The notes under the pieces: generated by a model
The model's input: the letters and a program-made list of their open reading frames with translations, nothing else
Told to the model about the DNA's origin: nothing
The model's database searches: none
Program-made: the position numbers and the translations under genes
Assembly: GCF_000006765.1 (NCBI RefSeq)
Contig: NC_002516.2
Length of the DNA stretch: 64,000 bases
Strand: one strand, 5' to 3'
Origin: Pseudomonas aeruginosa PAO1
Lineage (GTDB): Bacteria > Pseudomonadota > Gammaproteobacteria > Pseudomonadales > Pseudomonadaceae
Part shown: positions 54,989 through 64,000 of the stretch, piece by piece
Numbering within the stretch: the stretch's first letter is position 1
Layout: each line of letters starts with the position of its first letter

Positions 54989-56419
54989 TTATTTTTGAGC
55001 CGTCGCCGTCTTCGCACGCACCCCGGGCTCCAGGCGAACCCGTTCGCGTTCATATGCAAGGTAGTACTTGTTGACGCTGCTGACATAACTCACCACACCC
55101 ATGCCTATCTCTTCCGCAGCCACCCGCTCGACCTGGAAGAACCAGCGATTCGGATCGAGCCCCCGGCGACGCGCCTGGGTGCGCAGGTTCTGTACCCGCT
55201 CCGGGCCCATGTTGTAGGCCGCCAGGGTGAACGCCAGGCGCTCGCGTTCGTCGAGGTGCTTGCTGGAGAAGAACTGCTTGCGGATCTTGGTCAGGTAGCG
55301 ACTGGCGGCCAGCACGTTGCTGTCCTTGTCGTGCACGTTGCCGACCCCGACGCTGCGCGCCGCCGCCGGGGTGATCTGCATCAGCCCGCTGGCGCCGCCG
55401 GAACCGCGCGCCTTCGGGTTCAGGTGCGACTCCTTGTAGGCCACCGCCGCCAGCGCCAGCCAGTCCATGCTGCTCTGCCGCGCGTAGCGCTGCAGCAGTG
55501 GACGGACCGCTTCCAGGCGCTTGCGGTCCGCCGCGCCGAGGGGGTTGCGGACCTTGTAGGCGCGCCGGTAGACGCGCTGGAAAGCCACGTCCTGGTCGGC
55601 CGGCGCGCGGTAGTCGGCGAGGAAGCGGTCGATGGTCGCGCGCAGGGTGCTGGCATCGCGGCGCACGTACCAGGCCATGTCGGCGCGATTGTCCAGCACC
55701 AGGTGGCGGTCGACGCGCAGCTTCGGCAGCACCTTGGCCCAGCGTTCGGCGATGGGCTGCTCGACCACGGTGAAGCCGAGGATGCCTGCCTGGACCATTT
55801 CCATCACATCCTCGACGGCCAGGGAAGCGTCCAGCTTTTCGATCCGGATCGGTGCCATGCGGCGTTGCGCCAGGCGCTGGTTGACCAGTTCGATGGCGCC
55901 CTCGGCGGCGCTGCCGGCCGGCAGCGGGATGGTCCGCCCGGACAACTGCTCCAGGCGCGTGTAGCGCCGGTTGCCCTTGCGCGCCACCAGCACCAGCGGC
56001 ACATCGGCGCGCACCGGCGCGCTCGGGCTGACCTGCAGGCCGTCGTGCGCCGGCAGCAGTTCGCCGGGGGCGACCAGGTCGCCTTCGCCACGCTGCAGGG
56101 CGGCAAGCAACTGGTCCTTGGGCTTGGGTATGAGCTTGAGGGTGAGGTTCCGCGCGGACGGCGAACGGCTGTTGAGGTATTGCTCGAAGGCGCGCAGGCG
56201 ACGGTACTCGACGCCGATCGGCTCGCCCTTCACCTCGCCCGAGCTGTTGCGGCTCTGGTTGACCAGCACCTTGAGCACGCCAGCGCGGCGGATGCTCGCC
56301 AGGTCGCGGGTCTCCGGCTGTTCCCTGTGCCAGTTGTCCGGCTGGCCGGTGATGCGCGCAGCCGCCGGCAAGGGTGCGAGCACCAGCAGGCAAAGCGAAA
56401 GCAGCAACAGACGCGTCAT
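54989..56419 (-). CDS. MltF-like lytic transglycosylase (ABC-type periplasmic domain plus SLT)
   Basis: Signal peptide; AYKESH, GASGLMQI, AAYNMG. Confidence 0.88.
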   Translation of the reverse strand: MTRLLLLSLCLLVLAPLPAAARITGQPDNWHREQPETRDLASIRRAGVLKVLVNQSRNSSGEVKGEPIGVEYRRLRAFEQYLNSRSPSARNLTLKLIPKPKDQLLAALQRGEGDLVAPGELLPAHDGLQVSPSAPVRADVPLVLVARKGNRRYTRLEQLSGRTIPLPAGSAAEGAIELVNQRLAQRRMAPIRIEKLDASLAVEDVMEMVQAGILGFTVVEQPIAERWAKVLPKLRVDRHLVLDNRADMAWYVRRDASTLRATIDRFLADYRAPADQDVAFQRVYRRAYKVRNPLGAADRKRLEAVRPLLQRYARQSSMDWLALAAVAYKESHLNPKARGSGGASGLMQITPAAARSVGVGNVHDKDSNVLAASRYLTKIRKQFFSSKHLDERERLAFTLAAYNMGPERVQNLRTQARRRGLDPNRWFFQVERVAAEEIGMGVVSYVSSVNKYYLAYERERVRLEPGVRAKTATAQK

Positions 56420-56665
56420 CCAGGTCTCCAGAGGCCAGGCTCGATGTCCCTCTCCGGGGGACCGGATCAATCAGAGCATGGCAGTCTTGGCAAGTTCCTC
56501 TCCGACAGCGGCTGCAAACGGAGGCATTGGGTAGATAATCCGGGCGCCGAAGAACCCGATCTGCGATTATAACGGATTGTTCTACAAGCGGTTTGCCACC
56601 CATCTCCCGGCGGGTCCGGCGCGATCGAGGGGGCGCCGCCTCGCTGCGAATTCCAGGAAGGCACC

Positions 56666-57469
56666 ATGCAACTCATCGATATCGGCGTCAATCTGACCCA
56701 CGCCAGCTTCGCCCCGGAACGTGAAGCACTGCTCGCCCGCGCGCGCGCCGCCGGGGTGGTGCAGATGGTCATCACCGGCACCAGCCTGGCCGACAGCGAA
56801 CAGGCGCTGCAGCTCTGCGGCGAACTCGACGAGGGCGGCCGGCTGTTTACCACCGCCGGCGTCCACCCCCACGAGGCCAGCCACTGGAACGCCGACACCG
56901 CTCGCGGCCTGCGCGCCCTGTTCGACGACCCGCGGGTACGCGCGGTGGGCGAATGCGGCCTCGACTTCAATCGCGACTTCTCTCCCCGTCCGGCCCAGGA
57001 AAAGGCCCTCGAGGAACAACTGGCACTGGCCGTCGAGCTACAGCGTCCGGTGTTCCTCCACGAACGCGACGCCAGCGAGCGCCTGCTGGCGATCCTGCGC
57101 GACTTCCGCGAGCGCCTGCCGGCCGCCGTCGTACATTGTTTCACCGGCGAGCGCCGGGCGCTGTATGGCTACCTCGACCTCGACCTGCACATCGGCATCA
57201 CCGGCTGGATCAACGACGAGCGCCGCGGCACCCACCTGCATGATCTGGTAGGCGAGATCCCGGTCGGCCGTCTCATGCTGGAAAGCGACGCGCCCTACCT
57301 GCTGCCGCGCAGCCTGCGGCCGAAGCCGAAGAACGGGCGCAACGAGCCGGCCTACCTGGTCGAGGTGCTCGACTGCGTGGCCCGCCATCGCGGCGAGAGC
57401 GCAGAGCGCCTGGCCGCTCACACCAGCGCCGCGGCGCGGGCGTTCTTCGGCCTGCCGACGATCGACTGA
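56666..57469 (+). CDS. tatD: TatD-family nuclease
   Basis: IDIGVN, GVHPH, GECGLD, LHER, VHCFTG, ESDAPY. Confidence 0.92.
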   Translation: MQLIDIGVNLTHASFAPEREALLARARAAGVVQMVITGTSLADSEQALQLCGELDEGGRLFTTAGVHPHEASHWNADTARGLRALFDDPRVRAVGECGLDFNRDFSPRPAQEKALEEQLALAVELQRPVFLHERDASERLLAILRDFRERLPAAVVHCFTGERRALYGYLDLDLHIGITGWINDERRGTHLHDLVGEIPVGRLMLESDAPYLLPRSLRPKPKNGRNEPAYLVEVLDCVARHRGESAERLAAHTSAAARAFFGLPTID

Positions 57470-57477
57470 GATCGCCC

Positions 57478-57504
57478 TCAAGCTCCCGGCGGATCGGCCG
57501 CTAA
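57478..57504 (+). promoter_or_regulatory. Putative sigma28 (FliA) promoter of MCP
   Basis: TCAAG-N14-GCCGCTAA (one mismatch to GCCGATAA). Confidence 0.55.
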
Positions 57505-57607
57505 GCTGACGAACGGTCTCGTTGACCCGCATCAACGATTGCCCCTTACTCAGCTTTCAAGATAATGGCGCCTTGCCATTAGCTTGCCGATAAGAAGAAA
57601 TCCCCCT

Positions 57608-59080
57608 ATGGGCACCTGGATCAGCGACATTCCACTGAAATACAAGTTCTGGGCCGTCAACGCGGTGGCCTTCTTCACCACCCTGCTGCTGGTGTTGTTC
57701 GCCATGCAGCAGGAAGCCGCCGGGCGCAACGCTTCCGCCCAGCGCGCCGCCGCCGCCGAGGGCGAGCTGGTTCAGAGCTGGCCAGCCGGCAGCGCCCTGC
57801 CCGCCCGCAGCAACCTGCTGCCGCTGGAACAGGCCGCGAGCCTGGGCGGCACCGCTGCCCAGGCGCTGGGCAAGGGGCAGGGTTGGATCGAGTTGTCCGG
57901 CGCGCGCCAGGGCGATACCCCGCTGCTCGGCGCCTGGGTCGGCCAGACCGGCTCCGGCCAGCGCTTCGCCGTGCTCGCCCCGGCCAGCGACCTGTGGCAG
58001 GTCTTCGCCGACCGGGCCGGCGCCTACGCCGTCGCCGTGCTGGTGCTGATGCTGGCGCTGCTGGCGGCCTCGCAACTGCTGATCCGCTTCATCCTCACCC
58101 ACCTGCATACCCTCAAGGACGTGATGCTGCACGTCGAGAAGAGCGGCGACCTGTCCGCTCGCGTACCGCTGCAGGGACGCGACGAAGTCGGCCAGATGGC
58201 CAGTGCCTTCAACGCCATGCAGGCCGGCTACCAGCGCATCGTCGGCACCGTCGCCGCGGCCGCTACCAAGCTCGACGAAGGCGCCCAGGCGCTGGCCCGC
58301 AGCATGGGCCAGGTACGCCAGGGCATGCTCGGCCAGCAGAGCGAGACCGACCAGACCGCCACCGCGATCAACGAGATGTCCACCACGGTCTTCCATATCG
58401 CCCAGCACGCCGCCGACACCCGTGACCAGTCGCAGGAAGCCGACCGCCTGGCCGGCGCCGGCCAGCAGGCGGTGAGCCGGGTCAGCGCGTCGATTGCCGG
58501 GTTGTCCCAGGGCGTCCAGGACACCGCCGAGATGATCCAGAAGCTGGCCGAGGACAGCCAGAAGATCAGCGGCGTGGTCAACGTGATCCACGGCATCGCC
58601 GAACAGACCAACCTGCTTGCCCTCAACGCCGCCATCGAGGCCGCGCGGGCCGGGGAAATGGGCCGCGGCTTCGCCGTGGTGGCCGATGAGGTGCGCAACC
58701 TCGCCCGTCGCGTGCAGGACTCCACCGACGAGATCACCCAGATGATCCTCGCCCTGCAGTCGGGTACCCGCGACGCCGTGGAGTTCATGCAGGAAAGCTC
58801 GCTCAAGGCCGACGGTTGCGTCAGCCAGGCCGGCGACGCCGGCGAGGCGCTGGCGGCGATCGCCAACGCGGTGGCGCAGATGCGTGAAAGCAACACGCAG
58901 ATCGCCGTCGCCGCGGAACAGCAGAGCCAGGTCGCGGAAGAGATGACCCGTTCGGTGGTGGGCATCCGCGACGTCACCGAACTCACCGTGCAGCAGACCG
59001 TCGAGTCGGCGGCCACCAGTCAGCAACTGGTCGACCTGGCGGGCGATCTGACCCGCGCCATCGGCCAGCTACGCCTCTGA
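57608..59080 (+). CDS. Methyl-accepting chemotaxis protein
   Basis: TM-short periplasmic domain-TM-HAMP; [34 protein letters not shown]. Confidence 0.95.
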   Translation: MGTWISDIPLKYKFWAVNAVAFFTTLLLVLFAMQQEAAGRNASAQRAAAAEGELVQSWPAGSALPARSNLLPLEQAASLGGTAAQALGKGQGWIELSGARQGDTPLLGAWVGQTGSGQRFAVLAPASDLWQVFADRAGAYAVAVLVLMLALLAASQLLIRFILTHLHTLKDVMLHVEKSGDLSARVPLQGRDEVGQMASAFNAMQAGYQRIVGTVAAAATKLDEGAQALARSMGQVRQGMLGQQSETDQTATAINEMSTTVFHIAQHAADTRDQSQEADRLAGAGQQAVSRVSASIAGLSQGVQDTAEMIQKLAEDSQKISGVVNVIHGIAEQTNLLALNAAIEAARAGEMGRGFAVVADEVRNLARRVQDSTDEITQMILALQSGTRDAVEFMQESSLKADGCVSQAGDAGEALAAIANAVAQMRESNTQIAVAAEQQSQVAEEMTRSVVGIRDVTELTVQQTVESAATSQQLVDLAGDLTRAIGQLRL

Positions 59081-59205
59081 TCCGCAGGCGCACCTGCCTA
59101 TCGCCCGGATAGGCAGGAATCATTCGCCGCGCTGCCGCACCCCGCCTAGACTCGACGACATGCAAGGATCCGCCCCGCGGGTCGCCGTCACGGAGTACCG
59201 AGAAC

Positions 59206-59565
59206 ATGGGCAAACGTCATCCCAACCTGCTCGCCTGGCAATGGCGCGGCTATGCCGCCAACCACCGCAACCCGACCAACCTGGTCCTGCACCTGATCGC
59301 CGTGCCGCTGTTCATCGTCGCTGCGATCCTGCTGCTCGGCGGCCTGTTCGGCCTGGACCTGCTGCAGGTGGTGCTCGGTGTCATCGGCATCGGCGCCGGC
59401 CTGGCGATCCAGGCCAAGGGACACGCGCTGGAGGAACAGGCACCCGAGCCATTCAGCGATCGGCGCGACGCTGTCAGTCGCCTGCTCGTCGAGCAGTTCG
59501 TCACCTTCCCCCGCTTCGTCCTCAGCGGCGCCTGGTGGCGGGCTTGGCGCGAACGGCATAAGTGA
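59206..59565 (+). CDS. DUF962/Mpo1-like small membrane protein
   Basis: HRNPTNLVLHLIAVP, GH..EE..PE, EQFVTFPRF; GGAG RBS. Confidence 0.78.
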   Translation: MGKRHPNLLAWQWRGYAANHRNPTNLVLHLIAVPLFIVAAILLLGGLFGLDLLQVVLGVIGIGAGLAIQAKGHALEEQAPEPFSDRRDAVSRLLVEQFVTFPRFVLSGAWWRAWRERHK

Positions 59566-59593
59566 CAGTTCGTCCGGGATTTTGCACAGCCCT

Positions 59594-59620
59594 TCAGTTT
59601 TAGCGCGACGCTGCCGATAT
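59594..59620 (+). promoter_or_regulatory. Putative sigma28 (FliA) promoter of periplasmic-protein/DGC operon
   Basis: TCAG-N15-GCCGATAT; overlaps a TATAAT at 59618-59623. Confidence 0.55.
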
Positions 59621-59651
59621 AATCGACGGAATCCTGTCGTGGACCGACAAC

Positions 59652-60140
59652 ATGCCGTCAACGCGTCAATTAATCGTCTTTCTCTGTTGCCTGGGGCTGC
59701 CTCTTGCCCAGGCCGCGGAGCCCGTGCCGCTGGGCGGACGTCCGATCGTCACCCTGCAGCGGTCCGGCGACGCTCCCGTACGGCTGACCCTGTCCGACCT
59801 CGAAGCCCTGCCCAGCGAGACCCTGGAAGCCCAGCTCCCCGGCGAGGCCAACGCCCGCTGGCAAGGCGTGCGCCTCAGCCTGTTGCTGCGCCACCTGGAC
59901 CTGGCGGCGCCCACGCGCCTGCGCGTGCTGGCGCTGAACGACTACTCGGCGATCATCCCGTACAGCGACCTCGACAGCTACCAGCCCATCCTCGCCTATC
60001 GCCGCAACGGCGCCTACATGGCGATCCGCGAACGCGGACCGCTTTTCATCATCTACCCGATGGCCCGCTATCCTGAGTTGAGAAACCAGGTCTACTACAA
60101 CCGTACCGTCTGGCAGGTCAGCTCCATCACTCTTGAGTAA
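59652..60140 (+). CDS. Periplasmic oxidoreductase-molybdopterin-binding-fold protein (COG3915-like)
   Basis: Sec signal (AQA); WQGVRL, ALNDYSAIIP, RGPLFIIYP, WQVSSI. Confidence 0.75.
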   Translation: MPSTRQLIVFLCCLGLPLAQAAEPVPLGGRPIVTLQRSGDAPVRLTLSDLEALPSETLEAQLPGEANARWQGVRLSLLLRHLDLAAPTRLRVLALNDYSAIIPYSDLDSYQPILAYRRNGAYMAIRERGPLFIIYPMARYPELRNQVYYNRTVWQVSSITLE

Positions 60141-60149
60141 GTAACGGAC

Positions 60150-61727
60150 ATGACTGTGCCGCTGCTCGATCCGACAAAGCTGCGCCGGCAACGCCAGATC
60201 ATGGGGCTGTTGCTCGGCCTGGTGCTGCTCATGGCGCTGATCGCCGGGGCTGCGCTGTGGCTGGCGGTGCGCCAGGCCCAGCAACTGGCCCAGCCGAACC
60301 TGCACAACGAGCTGTGGCAGACTTACTCGCTGCGCGCCGAACTGGATCGCACGCTGGACGCCGCGCGGCACACCGAGAGCGGCGAAGGCCAAGCCGACGA
60401 CCTGGCGATCCGTCTCGAAGTCCTCGCCAGCCTGATCGCGCCGCTGCGCCGCCAGTCGTTGTTCAGGCATCTCGCCGAACCGCGTCCGGAGGTACAGGCC
60501 ACCCTGCAACGCCTGATCGAGCTCAGCGATCGCTGGTCGGACCAGGCCCCCTGGGGCGATCCCGTCGCCGCGCGCCGCCTGGCCGCGGAGATCGTCCAGC
60601 AGGTCCCGCCCTTGCTCGAACCGACCCACCAGATCGTCGTCGCCAGCAACATCGCCCTGACCAACCAGTTGGACGTCGACCGCAAGCGCCTGCACCGGGC
60701 GTTCTACGCGTTGTTCTGGGCGCTGCTCGGGATCGGTGCCGGCGGTGCCCTGCTGGTGCTGCGCCTGGTCGCCGACTTCAAGCGCGCGCAGCAACTGGCC
60801 GGGCATCTGATCGAGCTTAACGCCACCCTGGAGAAACGCGTCGGCGAGCGCACCCGCCAGCTCAGCGAAGGCAAGGCGCTGCTGCATTTCATCCTCGAGG
60901 CCAGCCCGAGCGACGTGGTCCTGCTCAGCGCCTGCGGCGCCAGCATCCATTACGTCAGCCCGCGCCTGCTCAAGCGCCTGGGTTGCCAGGCCCAGGACGA
61001 CTTCAACCTGCCCCGGCTGTTCGCCAGCGCCAGCGAATACAGCCGCCTGCAGAACGCCCTGGAGGCGCGCGGCCAGGTGGATGGCTGGGAAGCCCAGCTA
61101 TGCGGGGAAACGCCTTGCTGGGCGGTGATCTGCGCGCGCCACCTGGAAATCGACGGCGAGCCGGCGACCCTGATCTGGTGCTACGACATCAGCCGGCGCA
61201 AGGCCATGGAACAGGAACTGCGCCTGCTGGCCAGCACCGATACCCTCACCGGCCTGCACAACCGCCACTCGTTCCTGCACCAGGCGGAACTCATGCTCAA
61301 GGCCGCCGAACGCTTCCGCCACCCCTGCGTGGCGCTGATGCTGGACATCGACCATTTCAAGAACATCAACGACAGCCACGGCCACCTGACCGGCGACCGC
61401 GCCCTGCAACGTGTCGCCGAGACCCTGCGCCAGGGCCTGCGCGAGGTGGACCTGCTCGGTCGCCTGGGCGGCGAGGAATTCGCCGCGCTGCTTCCGGAGG
61501 TCAGCCTGGACCAGGCGCTGGACGTCGCCGAACGGCTGCGCGCCGGCGTCGAGGCGCTACGGGTGAGCAATCCCGACGGCGAACCGTTGCGAATGACCGT
61601 GAGCATCGGCGTCGCCCTGCGCAGGGACGCCGGGGACGACCTGGAAAGCCTGCTGGTGCGCGCCGACAGCGCGCTCTACCAGGCCAAGAGCGGCGGGCGC
61701 AACCGCACCGAGTACGCGCCCGCCTGA
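60150..61727 (+). CDS. Membrane diguanylate cyclase (TM-periplasmic-TM-PAS-like-GGDEF)
   Basis: DTLTGLHNR, DIDHFKNIND, REVD (RxxD I-site), GGEEF, VSIG, ALYQAK. Confidence 0.93.
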   Translation: MTVPLLDPTKLRRQRQIMGLLLGLVLLMALIAGAALWLAVRQAQQLAQPNLHNELWQTYSLRAELDRTLDAARHTESGEGQADDLAIRLEVLASLIAPLRRQSLFRHLAEPRPEVQATLQRLIELSDRWSDQAPWGDPVAARRLAAEIVQQVPPLLEPTHQIVVASNIALTNQLDVDRKRLHRAFYALFWALLGIGAGGALLVLRLVADFKRAQQLAGHLIELNATLEKRVGERTRQLSEGKALLHFILEASPSDVVLLSACGASIHYVSPRLLKRLGCQAQDDFNLPRLFASASEYSRLQNALEARGQVDGWEAQLCGETPCWAVICARHLEIDGEPATLIWCYDISRRKAMEQELRLLASTDTLTGLHNRHSFLHQAELMLKAAERFRHPCVALMLDIDHFKNINDSHGHLTGDRALQRVAETLRQGLREVDLLGRLGGEEFAALLPEVSLDQALDVAERLRAGVEALRVSNPDGEPLRMTVSIGVALRRDAGDDLESLLVRADSALYQAKSGGRNRTEYAPA

Positions 61728-61735
61728 CATGCGCC

Positions 61736-62533
61736 TCAGCCGAACACCGTGACCATCTGCCGGCTGATCGCCAGCAACTGGCCGTCGGCGCTCCACATCC
61801 GCGCCGCCACGTGGCCGTAGCCGTCACGCGCCTCCTCGATCTCCGCCAGGTAACGGCACCAGTCGCCGCTGCCTTGCTGCGGCAGCGGCTGGAGGAACTC
61901 GGCGGTCCAGGTCAGCGAGCTGGCCATCGCCGGGGTGCCCAGGTGCGGCAACAGCGCCGGCGGCCAGGAGTCGAGCAGCGCCAGCAGGTGGGAAACCTCC
62001 ATGGGCTCTCCCTCGGGTTCGTCGCGGAAACGCATCCAGCCGCCCATCTGGCGCGACTTGTTCGAAGAGAACGGCAGGCCGCCCACTGCCCAGCGCATGG
62101 CGATGTAGCGAGTGAACTCCGGGGTCACGTTACGGATATAGGGCAGCTCCTGGCTCTCTTCGGGGCCCTTCATCCCGGCCGCCGGCAACGCTTCCACCGC
62201 CACCGCCGATGCGCGGGCGACGCCGAAACTGGCCTGGACCAGCGTCACCACCTGCTCGCCCTGACGGACCTCGACCTGGACCTGGCTCACCGCCTTGCCC
62301 TCGCGCAACAACCGGGCGCTGAAGCTCGCCGGCTGCTCGGGGGCCAGCGGTCCGACGAAGCTGACGCCGATGGAGCGCAACGGACGCCCCGCCTCGACCA
62401 CCGCAAGCATGGCCTCGTAGGCCAACGCCACCACCAGGCCACCGAAGGTGGCGCGGCCCTGGCCCCAACTGGCCGGTACTACCACCGAGGAAGGGTCGCG
62501 GCGGACCGCCTGGATCAATTCGGAAAAATTCAT
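61736..62533 (-). CDS. Acyl-CoA thioesterase II-like double hot-dog protein
   Basis: WGQGRATFGG, LREGK, LDSWPP, ASSLTW, DGYG. Confidence 0.85.
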   Translation of the reverse strand: MNFSELIQAVRRDPSSVVVPASWGQGRATFGGLVVALAYEAMLAVVEAGRPLRSIGVSFVGPLAPEQPASFSARLLREGKAVSQVQVEVRQGEQVVTLVQASFGVARASAVAVEALPAAGMKGPEESQELPYIRNVTPEFTRYIAMRWAVGGLPFSSNKSRQMGGWMRFRDEPEGEPMEVSHLLALLDSWPPALLPHLGTPAMASSLTWTAEFLQPLPQQGSGDWCRYLAEIEEARDGYGHVAARMWSADGQLLAISRQMVTVFG

Positions 62534-62613
62534 GTGTGCCTCGCGAGGGGATTCGAGGGCCCATCTTAGGCGAGGCGATCCTTGGGAAAAAGCCGATCGG
62601 AATACCGGCGGCC

Positions 62614-63384
62614 TCAGTGCCCGGCAAGCGCCTGCTGCAATGTCGACAGGGCCCGTCCGGCACGCTCCCGGGCCAGTTCGAAGCGTGCCGTCCAGACCTC
62701 GCGCACGGGCGCCAGGTCCGGCTCGCGCTGGCATCGCAACAGCCACTGTTCGAGGTCGTGCCAATCGCCCAGCGCCGACTGGGCCGCCTTGAGCGGCGCC
62801 AGCAGCGAGCCGGGAATGCTGCAATCGTGCGGATAGGCCTCCAGCCCGTAGCGCACGCGCTTGATCCGCAGCCGTAGCGGGTGCCAGTGCTCGTAGGTGG
62901 TGTCCGCCAGCTCGGCGCGCAGGGTCTTCCATTGCCGGCGCAGGCGCTTGCGCACCCGGCCGTGCAGGCCATCCAGCACGGCATGCCGCTGGGCCGTACG
63001 CAACAGGGCCGGCCAGACGTCCAGGCAAAGCTGCAGGCGGTGCAGCGGCTGGCTGGCGAGAACCGCCACGTAGCCGGACTCCAGCACCGGCCGGCGCACC
63101 GCCAGCGCATCCCGCAGCCCTTCGGCGGCGAGCGCCGGCAGCAGCACCTCCAGGTCGCGGATCGGCCCGCTGAGCCGCCCGACCTCGGCGGCGGCATGCT
63201 CCAGCTCCTCGACGCCGGGGACTCCGCGGATCGGCCGCAGCAGGCTGCGCAGACGGCGCAGGGCGATGCGCAGGTCGTGCAGTGCCTCGCCATCCGTGCG
63301 CGCCTCCAGGCGGGCGACCGCCGACATCAACGCCACCTGCTGGCCGATCACCTCGGCCAGCAGTTCATCGATGAACCCCGTCAT
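62614..63384 (-). CDS. Stand-alone CHAD-domain protein
   Basis: LHDLRIALRRLRSL, IRDLEV, HPLRLRIKRVRY, LGDWHD. Confidence 0.88.
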   Translation of the reverse strand: MTGFIDELLAEVIGQQVALMSAVARLEARTDGEALHDLRIALRRLRSLLRPIRGVPGVEELEHAAAEVGRLSGPIRDLEVLLPALAAEGLRDALAVRRPVLESGYVAVLASQPLHRLQLCLDVWPALLRTAQRHAVLDGLHGRVRKRLRRQWKTLRAELADTTYEHWHPLRLRIKRVRYGLEAYPHDCSIPGSLLAPLKAAQSALGDWHDLEQWLLRCQREPDLAPVREVWTARFELARERAGRALSTLQQALAGH

Positions 63385-64000
63385 GCCTGCTCCTCTCCCC
63401 GGCCATCCCGCGTGGGCGTGCGCACCAGGCGCCAGGGCAGCGCCCGGCGCAATGCGCGCAGACGCAACCCTGGATCATCGGCACCGCCGTGTCCATAGCG
63501 TTGCGCTTCGAACGCGCCGACGAAGGCCGCGATGGCTGGCGCCTGCGCCGGCAGGACGCGGGCGGCGCGCTCGCCGTAGGAGCGTAGCCCTTCGCCGGGG
63601 GAACGGCGCAGGCCATGCATCTCCAGCAGGCGTTCGAAGCGGCGCAGTTGGCGGCTGCGCAGATCGCCACGGCCTTGCCAGGGCTTGAGCAGGAACAGCG
63701 CGAGCAGACCGACCGACAATATCGCCGCGGCACCGAGCAACAGGCCCAGTCGGGTCGGATCGAGCCCGCCGAACCAGCGCTGCAGGAAGGCGCCCTGCTG
63801 CTCACCCTGGTAGGCCAGGACCCAGCGTTGCCAGCCGTAGTTCAGGCTGTCCCAGGCCAGACGCATGTCGTTGAGCCAGGGCAGGCCACGGTAGCGCAAC
63901 GGCGACAGCGGCGCGTCGGCGAGGTACTCGCTGTCTCCGGCCAGGGCCTGCTCCAGCCCCTGTTCGATCCGTTCGGGCGCCACCTGGTAGGTCGGGTCGA
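63381..64000 (-). CDS. tgpA: 3' part of membrane transglutaminase TgpA (begins beyond window end)
   Basis: VDPTYQVAPERI, WQRWVLAY, TM segment, C-terminal DUF4129-like tail; stop overlaps CHAD start. Confidence 0.8.
   Translation of the reverse strand, partial: DPTYQVAPERIEQGLEQALAGDSEYLADAPLSPLRYRGLPWLNDMRLAWDSLNYGWQRWVLAYQGEQQGAFLQRWFGGLDPTRLGLLLGAAAILSVGLLALFLLKPWQGRGDLRSRQLRRFERLLEMHGLRRSPGEGLRSYGERAARVLPAQAPAIAAFVGAFEAQRYGHGGADDPGLRLRALRRALPWRLVRTPTRDGRGEEQA

Overview
GC-rich Pseudomonas aeruginosa chromosomal DNA. Gene order and protein sequences match, from memory, the PAO1 core interval PA2807-PA2873; the locus tags are recalled, not looked up. The window holds about 66 tightly packed CDS and 4 tRNAs. 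Main blocks: copper two-component locus (PA2807/ptrA/copRS), ABC/GST operon, fadE, arr, tRNA Glu-Gly-Gly operon, sagS, oxidative-stress genes (msrC, ospR-gpx, msrB, ohrR-ohr), htpX, tpm, an MFS-MFP-OMF efflux operon, deaD, class II DAHP synthase, earP-efp, oprI with an L,D-transpeptidase, tesA, greB, lipA-lipH, tatD, an MCP, a diguanylate cyclase and the 3' end of tgpA. I see no integrase, transposase, prophage or CRISPR array, and the tRNA-Gly integration hotspot looks unoccupied. I cannot claim a clearly new system. The best lead is a putative sigma28-driven module pairing a cofactor-less sulfite-oxidase-fold periplasmic protein with a membrane diguanylate cyclase, next to a putative sigma28-driven MCP. 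Other leads are a hairpin burying the deaD start codon, a LysR-linked USP/efflux/dioxygenase block, and several small uncharacterised proteins.
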